A stretch of 64,000 nucleotides of DNA from Candidatus Xenobia bacterium (GCA_045863235.1 BTUM01000008.1:64001-128000), one strand, 5' to 3'; counted from the stretch's first letter, positions 1-12,294 are shown. Made by a program: numbers and translations. Notes: generated by a model not told the origin, from the letters alone.

Positions 1-445
1 CCACCACAATCCCGGCGGACTGGCCGGTCTGGGCGTCTGGATTGCCCACTTCTGGCAGCCAACTCCTCAGTTGTGGGCTTCGATGGAAGGTGCCATGCGT
101 TACACGCTGGTGCCGGTGCTCTGCGTCCTCTTCATCTTGCTCAACATCGTGGAAGAGTTCGCCCGCATCATGTCGCTGTCGATTCGACTCTACGGCAACA
201 TTTTTGGCGAGTCCAGCGTGCACCACAACCTGATGGCCACCATGTGGAACTTCTTCAACGTCGCGCTGACCTCGCTGGCTCAGGGCAACCTGGGCGGGCT
301 CGGAATGGGCGTGATGGTGGTGGTGCTGTGGGGTGCGTCCATCTTCGCAACCTGTCTTGGCGGCCTGGCGGGATTCATCCAGGCCATGATTTTTTCGGTT
401 TTGACTCTCAGCTACATCGGCCACGCCGTGGCCGACGAACACTGA
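1..445 (+). CDS. atpB: ATP synthase Fo subunit a (5'-truncated by window edge)
   Basis: Frame open from base 2; SLSIRLYGN with conserved Arg, IQAMIFSVLTLSYI; first gene of atp operon. Confidence 0.95.
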   Translation, partial: HHNPGGLAGLGVWIAHFWQPTPQLWASMEGAMRYTLVPVLCVLFILLNIVEEFARIMSLSIRLYGNIFGESSVHHNLMATMWNFFNVALTSLAQGNLGGLGMGVMVVVLWGASIFATCLGGLAGFIQAMIFSVLTLSYIGHAVADEH

Positions 446-481
446 GGATCAGCAACTTGGGTAACCAGGCATAGGAGGTAC

Positions 482-811
482 ATGGAAATGTTTTTCAAGA
501 TGCGTAAAGCGCTGCCGATGCTGGTAGGCATTCTCCTCAGCATGACGGCCTGCGCCTTCGCTCAAGATGGTGGAGCAGCCCCTTCCCCGCGGTATGCAGC
601 GTTGCTGGCCGCGGGTCTGGCCATCGGGCTGGGAACCATCGGCCCGGGCATCGGCCTTGGCAGCGGTGTGGGGAAAGCGATGGAAGCCATCGGGCGGAAC
701 CCCGAAGCGGCCGGCACCATCCGGAACGTCATGCTGATCGGTCTGGCATTCATCGAGGCCCTCTCGATCTACGCGCTGGTCATCGCCTTCATTCTCCAGG
801 GCGCCCAGTAA
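482..811 (+). CDS. atpE: ATP synthase Fo subunit c with N-terminal signal-peptide-like extension
   Basis: GPGIGLG, RNPEA loop, IEAL carboxylate; GGAGG RBS upstream. Confidence 0.97.
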   Translation: MEMFFKMRKALPMLVGILLSMTACAFAQDGGAAPSPRYAALLAAGLAIGLGTIGPGIGLGSGVGKAMEAIGRNPEAAGTIRNVMLIGLAFIEALSIYALVIAFILQGAQ

Positions 812-830
812 GAAACCTCGCCTGTTCCCA

Positions 831-856
831 CCGGGAGCCTCGTCAGGGGCTCCCGG
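831..856 (+). terminator. GC-rich hairpin after atpE (mRNA-stabilising or partial terminator)
   Basis: CCGGGAGCC (831-839) pairs with GGCTCCCGG (848-856); no U-tract. Confidence 0.5.
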
Positions 857-879
857 CCAGGCGCGCTATTTGAGGAACT

Positions 880-1383
880 ATGGAAACGATCGCTTCGGTT
901 CTGAAGAGTCTGAGTTTTGATCCAGTCTTATTCTGGTTTCAATTCGTCATGTTCTTCGTGTTCCACTACACGCTCAAGGGACTGCTCTACGGACCTTTGA
1001 TGCGGGTGCGTCTGGAACGAGACGGAAAAGTTTCAGGTCGACTGAAGGAGGCCGAGCAAGTGGCGGCAGCCGCCCGGCAACTGAAGAACGACTACGATGA
1101 GGCGATTCGGTCGGCCAGACTGGAGGCCCAGGCCGTCCTGGCCCAGGCCGACCACGAAGGCAAGACCCACAAGGAGGCCCGGGTGGCCGAGGCCCGCGAG
1201 GAAGCTCGCAAAGTGGTCGAGGAGACCCAGCTGAAAGTTGATGCCGAACGACAGGCTGCCCTGGCGAGCCTGCAGGCGGACATCAAGGAATTGTCGACTT
1301 CCATCATCGATCGACTGGTGTCGCCTGCTTTGAAGGGTGCCGACAAGGACAAGCTTTTGAGCAAGATTCGGAGCGCTTCCTGA
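880..1383 (+). CDS. atpF: ATP synthase Fo subunit b/b' (first of two)
   Basis: N-terminal TM helix then LYGPL..ER and long coiled coil; operon position. Confidence 0.9.
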   Translation: METIASVLKSLSFDPVLFWFQFVMFFVFHYTLKGLLYGPLMRVRLERDGKVSGRLKEAEQVAAAARQLKNDYDEAIRSARLEAQAVLAQADHEGKTHKEARVAEAREEARKVVEETQLKVDAERQAALASLQADIKELSTSIIDRLVSPALKGADKDKLLSKIRSAS

Positions 1384-1384
1384 T

Positions 1385-1882
1385 ATGCACGGCGAGAACA
1401 TCTTCAGCTGGATCATCACCCTGATCAACTTCGCCATCCTTTACGTCCTGTTTGACATGATTTTGATCAAACCGATGATTCAGGCCGCTAAGGACCGCGA
1501 GACCCGCGCCAAGAACAATCTGGATGAGGCCGAAAGTCTCTACCAGGATGCTGTGAAGCACAAGGCCGAGTATGAGAAGCTCCTGACCGGGCTATCAGCT
1601 GAAAAAGAGCAGATCGCCAGGCACGCTCAGGAAGAAGCCCAGCGAATCAGGGAATACTTCGAAGAAGAGGCCGTGCGCGAGGCCGACTGGGTGCGGCAGC
1701 GCGCCTCCTCGGAAGCGGAGATCCTTCGTCGTCAGGCGACTCTCGAGCTGCAGGACCTGGCTTCCGAGCAATCGGTGACGCGGGCCAGGCAGTTGCTGGA
1801 AGCCAATCTGGCCGCCGGCGACAAGAAAGCGATCCTGGCCAACTTCGTAGAACGGGTAGGCACCACCAAGCATGCTTCTTGA
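1385..1882 (+). CDS. atpF: ATP synthase Fo subunit b (second of two)
   Basis: INFAILY TM segment, charged coiled coil; overlaps atpH start. Confidence 0.9.
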   Translation: MHGENIFSWIITLINFAILYVLFDMILIKPMIQAAKDRETRAKNNLDEAESLYQDAVKHKAEYEKLLTGLSAEKEQIARHAQEEAQRIREYFEEEAVREADWVRQRASSEAEILRRQATLELQDLASEQSVTRARQLLEANLAAGDKKAILANFVERVGTTKHAS

Positions 1883-2432
1883 AACGGTCGCAAATCGTTA
1901 CGCAGAAGCTCTCTACGGGATGGCCAAGGCCGAGGGCAAGGCCAAGCAACAGCTCAAAGAGCTCGAGCAGGTCAGCGCCGTGATCGCCAACTCGCGGGCC
2001 CTGGGACGCGCCGTCCAGTCGCCAACCATTCCCCCCGCGGTCAAGAGGAACATCCTGCGCGACGTGCTCAAGAAGGAGAAGCTCAGCCCTCGAACGTTGC
2101 ACTTCTTCTACTTGCTCGTGGACAAGAGCCGCGAGCTCTACGTTCGGGCCGTGGTGGACTCGTTCCGCGAGTTCTTGCGGCGTGACGAGGGCGTGGTGAA
2201 GTGTCGCGCCGAGGTGGCCTCGCCTCTGGACGAGGAAATGAAAGCCCGCCTGATCGAGCAGATCGCCAAAGCCACCAAAATGAAGGTGGAGCTGGAGGTT
2301 GTGGAGCGGCCAGAGCTGTTGGCCGGGGCCATTCTCACTGTGGGGGACCGCCTCATCGACGGAAGTTTCAGCAGCCAGTTGACCAATATTCGAAAACGCT
2401 TCGCTCGACTCGAGCGAGCGGTTGTCTACTAA
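1872..2432 (+). CDS. atpH: ATP synthase F1 subunit delta
   Basis: [10 protein letters not shown]-terminus, [14 protein letters not shown]-terminus. Confidence 0.95.
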   Translation: MLLETVANRYAEALYGMAKAEGKAKQQLKELEQVSAVIANSRALGRAVQSPTIPPAVKRNILRDVLKKEKLSPRTLHFFYLLVDKSRELYVRAVVDSFREFLRRDEGVVKCRAEVASPLDEEMKARLIEQIAKATKMKVELEVVERPELLAGAILTVGDRLIDGSFSSQLTNIRKRFARLERAVVY

Positions 2433-2442
2433 GGAGGATCTC

Positions 2443-3963
<1,521 letters not shown>

Positions 3964-3972
3964 GGAGCTGTC

Positions 3973-4833
3973 ATGGCCAGCGAACGCGATATCAAGCGGC
4001 GCATCAAGTCGTGCCGCAATGTCCAGCAGATCACCAAAGCCATGAAGATGGTGGCAGCGGCCCGCATCAAGAAGGCCGAAAACCGGCTCAAGGCTTCCAA
4101 GCCTTATGCGCTCAAGCTGCAAGAGGTCGTCACCGAGCTCTGCTCGCAGCTCGAGGGGGCACTCCATCCCTTGATGGAAGCTCGACCGGTGGAGAAGGTC
4201 GGGGTGGTCATCGTGACCTCGGACAAAGGCCTCTGCGGCGCCTACAATAACAATCTGCTCAAGCTGGCCTTCAACTACCTCGAGACTACCCTGCGCAGCA
4301 AGACCGTCAAGCTGATGGCGGTGGGCTCCAAGGGCGTCAAGTTCCTGACCCGCCGCCGGCGTGCCATCGCCGTCGAGCGAGTCAAGTGGAACCCCGAATA
4401 CCCCCTGGCCCAGGAGCTGGCCCAGGAGCTGAGCCACTGGTACACCTCCGGCGAGGTCGACCAGGTGCTGTGCTTCTACACCCAGTCCATCAGCGCCATG
4501 AATCAGAAGCCGGTCTTGGAGACCTTGCTGCCGCTCAAGGCCGAGAAGAAGGAGGGGGAGCAGAGCCCCCTCCCCTACGATTTCGAGCCCAGCGCCGAGC
4601 AGTCGCTCGGAATTTTGCTGCCGCGCTACCTCCAGACCCTGATGTTCCGGGTGTTGATGGAGAGCCGGGTGGCCGAGCTGGGCTCGCGGCTCAAATCGAT
4701 GACCAACGCCACCGACAATGCCGATAAGCTGGCTGGTGAGCTGACTTTGTTGTTCTACCGGATCCGGCAAGACAACATCACCAAGGAAATTTTGGAAATC
4801 TCCGGCGGCGCCGAGGCGCTCAAGGCCCGTTAA
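3973..4833 (+). CDS. atpG: ATP synthase F1 subunit gamma
   Basis: ITKAMKMVAAA, DKGLCG, RQDNITKEILEI. Confidence 0.99.
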   Translation: MASERDIKRRIKSCRNVQQITKAMKMVAAARIKKAENRLKASKPYALKLQEVVTELCSQLEGALHPLMEARPVEKVGVVIVTSDKGLCGAYNNNLLKLAFNYLETTLRSKTVKLMAVGSKGVKFLTRRRRAIAVERVKWNPEYPLAQELAQELSHWYTSGEVDQVLCFYTQSISAMNQKPVLETLLPLKAEKKEGEQSPLPYDFEPSAEQSLGILLPRYLQTLMFRVLMESRVAELGSRLKSMTNATDNADKLAGELTLLFYRIRQDNITKEILEISGGAEALKAR

Positions 4834-4849
4834 GTGCTCAGCGGATTAG

Positions 4850-6322
<1,473 letters not shown>

Positions 6323-6325
6323 GTC

Positions 6326-6733
6326 ATGAATACGTTTCACATGGAAATCGTGACCCCCACCGAGGTCAAGTTCGCCGGTCAGCTGCGTCAGGTTGTCGTC
6401 AGCGGGGTGATGGGCCAGATGGGCATTCTGGCCCAGCACGCTCCGCTGCTGGCGATGCTGCAGCCCGGTCCGATGGCCTACACCGATGCCAACGGCAAGG
6501 TCAGTCGGCTGGCTGCCGGGGCGGGCTTCGTGCAGGTCGCCGAGAACAAGGCGGTCTGCCTGGTCGACTTTGCCGAGCGACCGGAGGAGGTCGACCTCGA
6601 CCGTGCTAAAAAGAACCTCGATGAGGTGCAGAAGAAGCTGCAGGACCTGGGAGCGACCTCGGCCGAGCGCGAAGCACTGCGCGACGAGCTGAAGGCAGCT
6701 CGGGCCCGGTTGGAAGTCGCGGGCCACAAGTAA
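6326..6733 (+). CDS. atpC: ATP synthase F1 subunit epsilon
   Basis: IVTP, GILAQHAP, C-terminal helical hairpin. Confidence 0.97.
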   Translation: MNTFHMEIVTPTEVKFAGQLRQVVVSGVMGQMGILAQHAPLLAMLQPGPMAYTDANGKVSRLAAGAGFVQVAENKAVCLVDFAERPEEVDLDRAKKNLDEVQKKLQDLGATSAEREALRDELKAARARLEVAGHK

Positions 6734-6747
6734 AGGAGGCGGATCGT

Positions 6748-8025
6748 TTGGCCAGGCTGGTGGTGCAGGGTGGAAAACCTCTCCAGGGAAGCATCCCGGC
6801 CTGCGGGGCCAAGAATGCCGCCCTGCCGATCATCGCCGCCGCCATTCTGGCGAAGGGCGAAGTGGTGCTCGAGCGCGTACCCGACATCTCCGATGTCTGG
6901 GTGATGTCCGACATCCTTCGGGCCATCGGGGTCAAGGTCGAGTTCGAGGGCAAGGGACGCATGCTGCTCGACTCACGCAACGTCTTCACCACCACCGCAC
7001 CCGACGACCTGGTGCGCAAGATGAATGCCTCTTTCGATGTGGCCGGGCCTCTTCTGGCCTGCTATGGAGAAGCTCGCGTCTCGCTGCCCGGAGGCTGTCG
7101 GCTCGGCCCGCGGCCCGTGGACCTCCATCTGGAAGGCTTCAAGAAGCTGGGGGCCGAGATCCTCAGCGAGGGCGGCTTTGCCCATGTGCGGGTGGCTGGC
7201 CGGCTGCAAGGGGCCCACATCCGCTTTCCCAAGGTCAGCGTGGGTGCCACCAAGAACTGCTTGATGGCGGCCACCATGGCCGAGGGCGTGACGCTGCTCG
7301 AGAACTGCGCCCGCGAGCCCGAGATCGGCGATCTGGCCGACTTCCTGGTCAAGATGGGGGCCCGCATCGAAGGCATCGGAACCTCTCGCCTGCGGGTCCA
7401 CGGGGTCGAGCGCCTGCACGGAGCGAGCCACACGATCGTGGCCGACCGCATCGAGACAGGCACCTACCTGATCGGCGGAGCTGTGACCGGAGGCGATGTC
7501 ACTTTGACCGAGTGCGAGCCCGAGCACGTGGCCGCCCTGCTCGACCACCTGCGCGAGGCAGGCCAGGAGGTCAGCGTGGGCGATCGCTGGGTGCGAGTCC
7601 AGGGAAGACGTCCCATCCGGGCCCTGGATGTCTCGACCGCCCCCTACCCCGGCTTCCCGACCGACCTCCACCCCCAGCTGGTCTCCCTGCTCTGCCTGGC
7701 GGAAGGCACCAGCACGCTGCAGGAAAACATCTTCTCAGGTCGGTTCATGTATGTGATGGAGCTGGTGCGTCTGGGTGCCAAGGTCAAGGCCGAGGATCGC
7801 CACGTCGTCATCAAGGGGGTCAACAAGCTCAGCGGCGCCCCCGTGGACGCCCCCGACATCCGCGCCGGAGGCGGCCTGGTGCTGGCGGCCCTGGTGGCCG
7901 AGGGTGAGACCGTGATTTCGGGCGTGGAGTTTGTCGACCGCGGCTACCAGGACCTCGAGCAGCGCCTGTCGGCACTGGGGGCCGATATCGTACGCGTGCA
8001 GGGCCCCCTGCCTCAGGTCGCCTGA
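6748..8025 (+). CDS. murA: UDP-N-acetylglucosamine 1-carboxyvinyltransferase
   Basis: GAKNAALP, LPGGCRLGPRP with catalytic Cys, PYPGFPTD, DRGY. Confidence 0.98.
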   Translation: MARLVVQGGKPLQGSIPACGAKNAALPIIAAAILAKGEVVLERVPDISDVWVMSDILRAIGVKVEFEGKGRMLLDSRNVFTTTAPDDLVRKMNASFDVAGPLLACYGEARVSLPGGCRLGPRPVDLHLEGFKKLGAEILSEGGFAHVRVAGRLQGAHIRFPKVSVGATKNCLMAATMAEGVTLLENCAREPEIGDLADFLVKMGARIEGIGTSRLRVHGVERLHGASHTIVADRIETGTYLIGGAVTGGDVTLTECEPEHVAALLDHLREAGQEVSVGDRWVRVQGRRPIRALDVSTAPYPGFPTDLHPQLVSLLCLAEGTSTLQENIFSGRFMYVMELVRLGAKVKAEDRHVVIKGVNKLSGAPVDAPDIRAGGGLVLAALVAEGETVISGVEFVDRGYQDLEQRLSALGADIVRVQGPLPQVA

Positions 8026-8031
8026 CCCCTC

Positions 8032-9000
8032 GTGCACCTCGGCGTCGACCTGGGCACGACCTGGGTCAAGGTAGCCACCACCTCCCGCGGGGTCATTCTG
8101 CGCGAGCCCACCCTGGTCGCCGTCGAGCGGAACTCGGGGAAGATCGTCGAGACCGGGGAGAAGGCGGCTCGCTTGCTGCAATCGCAGAGCCCCACGGCGG
8201 GCAGCCTGGTGGCGCTGCGCCCGGTACGCGAGGGAGTGGTCGCCAGCCTGGAAGCTGCCGACGCGCTGCTCCACCACATCTTCAAGCGCGCCAATCGCTA
8301 TCGCGTCTGGCGCCCGACCGTGTCCATCGGCGTTCCGGCCGAAGTCACCAAGGTCGAGCGGAGAGCCGTTGTAGAGGCCGCCCTCAAGGCCGGAGCGCGC
8401 CGCGCTGAGCCTGTTCCCTGTCCCCTGGCGGCCGCCCTGGGAGCCCGCCTCGATCTGAGCGAGCCGGAAGGCCACATGATCGTGGATCTGGGGGGAGGCT
8501 GCACGGATGTGGGCATCCTCTCGATGCAGTCGCTGGTGGTGGCCGGCACCGTGCGCCTGGGCGGCCAGCAACTGGATGAAGCCATCCAGCGCATGCTGCG
8601 CCGGGTCCACAGCGTGATGATCGGCGAAGCCACCGCCGAGCAACTCAAGCTCCAACTGGGCACCGCATTTCCCCAGCCCAGCCAGCGCACCATGGACGTG
8701 AACGGGCAAGACCTGGTGGACGGCCTGCCCCGCACGGTCACGGTGAGTGAATCCGAGGTCCGCGAGGCGCTCGAGCAGCCCCTGGGCGAGATCGTGGCGG
8801 GTCTGCGTCAGGTGCTCGAACGCACCCCTCCCGAGCTCTCGGGAGACGTCTACGAGAGGGGGATCGTGCTCACCGGTGGAGCGGCCCGGTTGGTAGGGCT
8901 GGACACGATGCTGGAGCGGCTCCTGGGCGTCAAGGTGCGGGTGGCCGACCAGCCCGAGGACTGCGTGGCCCTGGGAGCCTGTCGACTGGCCTCGGGATAG
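8032..9000 (+). CDS. mreB: MreB/Mbl-family actin-like protein, divergent
   Basis: GVDLGT, VDLGGGCTD, GEATAEQLK, TPPEL, LTGG; IEEP motif altered. Confidence 0.85.
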   Translation: MHLGVDLGTTWVKVATTSRGVILREPTLVAVERNSGKIVETGEKAARLLQSQSPTAGSLVALRPVREGVVASLEAADALLHHIFKRANRYRVWRPTVSIGVPAEVTKVERRAVVEAALKAGARRAEPVPCPLAAALGARLDLSEPEGHMIVDLGGGCTDVGILSMQSLVVAGTVRLGGQQLDEAIQRMLRRVHSVMIGEATAEQLKLQLGTAFPQPSQRTMDVNGQDLVDGLPRTVTVSESEVREALEQPLGEIVAGLRQVLERTPPELSGDVYERGIVLTGGAARLVGLDTMLERLLGVKVRVADQPEDCVALGACRLASG

Positions 9001-9780
9001 TCAGCCGCCGAGTTGGTCCAGGCGCTGCTGCAGCTGACGGACCTGCTCCTCCAGGGCCTCGGCTCGGAGGCGCTCGGCGTCGGTCCGTTCTCGCTCGGCC
9101 ACAGCCCGCTCTCGCTCGGCATCGGCCCGCTCTCGCTCGGCATCGGCCCGCTCTCGCTCGGCTTCGGCCCGCTCTCGCTCGGCTTCGGCCCGCTCTCGCT
9201 CGGCCATGACAATCGACCTCGCCTCCTCGATCGACAGGTAGGGAGCCCCCGTGGTGAGGTTCACCAGACGCAAGAACTCTCGCTCCACGACGATATCGAG
9301 CCCGAGAAGCTCGCTTCGATAGCTCCCCTGAGTCACCACGGGGACCAATTCCTGGCCTTCCCGGCGGTAGACCCGAAACTGGCCCGGCAAATACTCGCCC
9401 AGCGGGTCGAACAAAAAGTATTCCTGCACGCCCATCTCGGAGTAACGAATCCGCTTGGCGTGTTGATCAGTCTTGCGCGAGGTACGCGAGGTGACCTCGA
9501 AGACCGCCACCGGAGGCCCACCGTCGAGCCAGGTTCGGAAGACGCGTCGTTTCTCGTGGCTGCACCCGAAGGCGACGAAAACGTCCGGTGATACCTTGCG
9601 GTCGCGATTGCCGGGCTGATCATACACGAACATGTTGGAGAAAGCCCAGGCATCGGGCCGCTCGGCGAAGTGGGCCCGCAAAGCTCCCAAAAGGTAGTGA
9701 ATGGCCACCACATGCCAGTCGGACTCGGTCACCGTGTCCTCGTAGTAAGGGTAGAACTCCTCCTGGTCAGGTGCGAGCAT
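9001..9780 (-). CDS. Uma2/DUF820 family endonuclease-like protein with repeat coiled-coil tail
   Basis: ESDWH, PDVFV, FEVTS, GVQEYFLFDP. Confidence 0.9.
   Translation of the reverse strand: MLAPDQEEFYPYYEDTVTESDWHVVAIHYLLGALRAHFAERPDAWAFSNMFVYDQPGNRDRKVSPDVFVAFGCSHEKRRVFRTWLDGGPPVAVFEVTSRTSRKTDQHAKRIRYSEMGVQEYFLFDPLGEYLPGQFRVYRREGQELVPVVTQGSYRSELLGLDIVVEREFLRLVNLTTGAPYLSIEEARSIVMAERERAEAERERAEAERERADAERERADAERERAVAERERTDAERLRAEALEEQVRQLQQRLDQLGG
9081..9206 (-). repeat. Six tandem 21-bp units encoding AERER(A/T)x heptads
   Basis: Unit ~CGGCCCGCTCTCGCTCGGC(TT/AT) repeated on + strand. Confidence 0.9.
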
Positions 9781-9917
9781 GGTTCACCTCTTGATTGGAT
9801 TCGACCAGAGAGGGGGAATATCCCCGAGTGGGTCTGTGAAGCCAAAGGAAGATCCTTTGAGGGAGGGGGCTCGACGCCTCTGGTCAGCCCGAGTGGACAG
9901 CGGTTCTTGAATTACCC

Positions 9918-11564
9918 TCAGATTCCTGCTCCCCCCGGCTGGCGGCTGCTGGCCACCAGAACGAACAGAAAGAGCGCGCAGGCAACCAGCAGGTTCAGCC
10001 AGCGATTCTTGACCAGGATCTCGTCGGCAGCGGCCAGGGCGGTGTCAGCCGGCACCTCGTAGACAAGCAAAAAGCCGTCCACCGGCAGGTTGGCTCCCAC
10101 CACATCCTGACCTGCCTCGTTGACATAGCGGCTGACGGCGGGCAACTCCTCCCGGCCGGGCAGAGTTAGCCGGAAACCCTCTGCCAGCCGATCTTCCAGC
10201 CTGGAGCGAGGAAGGACCCCGGCCAAAAAGCGATTCGGGTCGGGCCTGGCAGCGACCAGCAGGAAATGATCTCCGGGGGGCATCAGCACCTTCCCGCTGG
10301 GAGCGCCCAGCGGAGCGCTCCAGGGTGTGAGCGACTGGAGCACGTTCCCCGAGCTGTCGAGCAGCAACAGGTTCTCGAAACCCTCGACCGCCTCGAGAGG
10401 AGCCTGGCTCTGCGCCAGGCGATTGAGCGCTTCGCGGTAGGGTGAGAGCTCGCGAAGCAGCTCGCTGCGGGCCATCTGGCACACCTGCTGGACGCGGTGC
10501 TTGACCTCCACGGCCAGTAGGGTACGCGTCTTCAGGGTCAGATAAGTGTTCACGAAGAGCGGAAAAAAAGCCAGCAGCAAGAGGCTCAAGGCTACCAGGG
10601 GTCGGGCCAGGAAGCGCTCCAGGCGGTAGCGTCGGGTCCAGGGCCGCCGGCAGAGCAGCGGCTCGCGAGCCTGCCAGCGTTGCAGGTCGTCCACCACCTC
10701 GTGCATCGAGGGGGTGCGCGAGATGGGATCGACCCGAAGGCAGCATTCGAGGATGCAGGCCAGCTCCGGGTCGACCTCCGGGCGAAGCTCGCGCACCGGC
10801 GTAAGAGACCTGGAGGTGAGCAGCTTCTTGTAGAGGTCCAGTTGCTCCAGAGTGTTGGCGCTGGAGCGCAGCGAGGCCTGGTCTTCCTCTGACAACCGCG
10901 GGTAGCGCTCGGTCAAGAGCGCGTAACAAGTCGCCCCGAAGCTGTAGACGTCCCAGGAAACGTCAGGCACCGCCTCGGCTCGCACCTGCTCAGGAGGCAT
11001 GAAGCCGAGGGTTCCAAAGGCCGCGCTCCTCTCGCTCTGGCTGCGCGACTGGCCAAAATCGGACAGGCGAACCCTTTGCTCTTCGTCGAGCAAAACATTG
11101 GACGGCTTCAAGTCACAGTGCAACACGCCCTTGTCGTGCAGGTAGCGAAGGGCGGTGGCCAGCTGCTGGATCCAGCTGACGGCCGTCTTGAGCGGGGGGC
11201 GCAGCTCGTTATCGAGAGAGCGCGCGAGCAGTGGCATGACGTAGAAGGGAGGATCATGCTCCAGGTCGGCATCCAACAAGCTGACCACGAAGGGATGACT
11301 GGCCACCTCGCGCAAACGGGCGACCTCCAGCCTGAGGTAATCAAAATCCAGGCCGGAGCGTCGAAAGAACTTGATCGCCACGTGTTGACCGGTGCGCAGC
11401 TGCACCGCTGCCCACACCTCACCGAACGAGCCTACGCCCAGCCGACACTCCAGCCGATAGCCCGGCGGCGTAGCCGGCGTTTCCCCCGATTCGGTACGGG
11501 CCTGCTCGAGCTGATCGGGAGCCTGAACGACAGTGGCCTCCGGAGGCGGGTCGTCGGGGAGCAT
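9918..11564 (-). CDS. Membrane Hanks-type Ser/Thr kinase with extracytoplasmic (Cache-like) domain
   Basis: GVGSFGEV, VAIK, HCDLKPSN, DFG, PPE; two TM segments flanking a soluble domain. Confidence 0.9.
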   Translation of the reverse strand: MLPDDPPPEATVVQAPDQLEQARTESGETPATPPGYRLECRLGVGSFGEVWAAVQLRTGQHVAIKFFRRSGLDFDYLRLEVARLREVASHPFVVSLLDADLEHDPPFYVMPLLARSLDNELRPPLKTAVSWIQQLATALRYLHDKGVLHCDLKPSNVLLDEEQRVRLSDFGQSRSQSERSAAFGTLGFMPPEQVRAEAVPDVSWDVYSFGATCYALLTERYPRLSEEDQASLRSSANTLEQLDLYKKLLTSRSLTPVRELRPEVDPELACILECCLRVDPISRTPSMHEVVDDLQRWQAREPLLCRRPWTRRYRLERFLARPLVALSLLLLAFFPLFVNTYLTLKTRTLLAVEVKHRVQQVCQMARSELLRELSPYREALNRLAQSQAPLEAVEGFENLLLLDSSGNVLQSLTPWSAPLGAPSGKVLMPPGDHFLLVAARPDPNRFLAGVLPRSRLEDRLAEGFRLTLPGREELPAVSRYVNEAGQDVVGANLPVDGFLLVYEVPADTALAAADEILVKNRWLNLLVACALFLFVLVASSRQPGGAGI

Positions 11565-11622
11565 GCCAGCCGATTCCCCTCCGGCAGGGGGTCGTCCTTT
11601 TCAGACCAGCTTCAGGCTGCTT

Positions 11623-11631
11623 TGCTAACAT
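11623..11631 (+). promoter_or_regulatory. Extended -10 promoter, leaderless arrangement
   Basis: TGcTAACAT ends 6 nt before ATG 11638; no SD. Confidence 0.5.
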
Positions 11632-11637
11632 CTGGTC

Positions 11638-12294
11638 ATGCAGATGGCCAGTATCGGGGTGGCGTCTCATTTGCCGATGACCCGCCCGGGGGCGAGCTAC
11701 TCGCCACCGGAAGGGAAACTCATCCAGGAGACCTTTTCCTCCCTGGAATCCCCCGAAGATCTCCCCCGCGCTCTGGCGGCCCTGAAGTCGCTGGGCCAGA
11801 CCTCAGATGAGCAGTTGAGCAAGCTCGTGCACGTGACCCTTTCGGCCGTGGTGGCGGCGGGCGGCGCCGGTCCGCTGGCTCTGGCTCTCTGCAAGGCAGC
11901 CTTCTCGGCCCTGCAAGAGCCCGGCCTCAAACCCGCCACCCTGGCCGCCCGCCTGGCCGCACCCCTGACCAGGAGCGAGCAGAACCCCGTGATGGAGGCC
12001 ATCGCCCGGGCCGTCACCCCCTTCTACGGCATGGCTCCTGGCACCCAGAAGCTGGTGGATGACGTGCACCTGTTCCTCAGCCCCATCCACGACGGCGCCG
12101 ATGGCAACGACCCGGCGGGGCGGATCAAGTGCGTCCGGGGCAGCCTGGAGAAGCTGAGCGAGCTCGACGACGACCGGTCCTATGCCGGCTACCTCTGCCG
12201 CGAGAGCCGCGACGGTGCCGGTGGTGGCCAGGTCGGCGAGCTGGCCGGCCGGGCCTTCGTAGGCGGGGTACTGGTCCGCCGCCGAGCCAGCTGA
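11638..12294 (+). CDS. Hypothetical helical protein with C-terminal VxE-x6-VGG-xx-VRRR motif
   Basis: 218-aa ORF with host-like codon usage filling the gap between neighbours. Confidence 0.75.
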   Translation: MQMASIGVASHLPMTRPGASYSPPEGKLIQETFSSLESPEDLPRALAALKSLGQTSDEQLSKLVHVTLSAVVAAGGAGPLALALCKAAFSALQEPGLKPATLAARLAAPLTRSEQNPVMEAIARAVTPFYGMAPGTQKLVDDVHLFLSPIHDGADGNDPAGRIKCVRGSLEKLSELDDDRSYAGYLCRESRDGAGGGQVGELAGRAFVGGVLVRRRAS

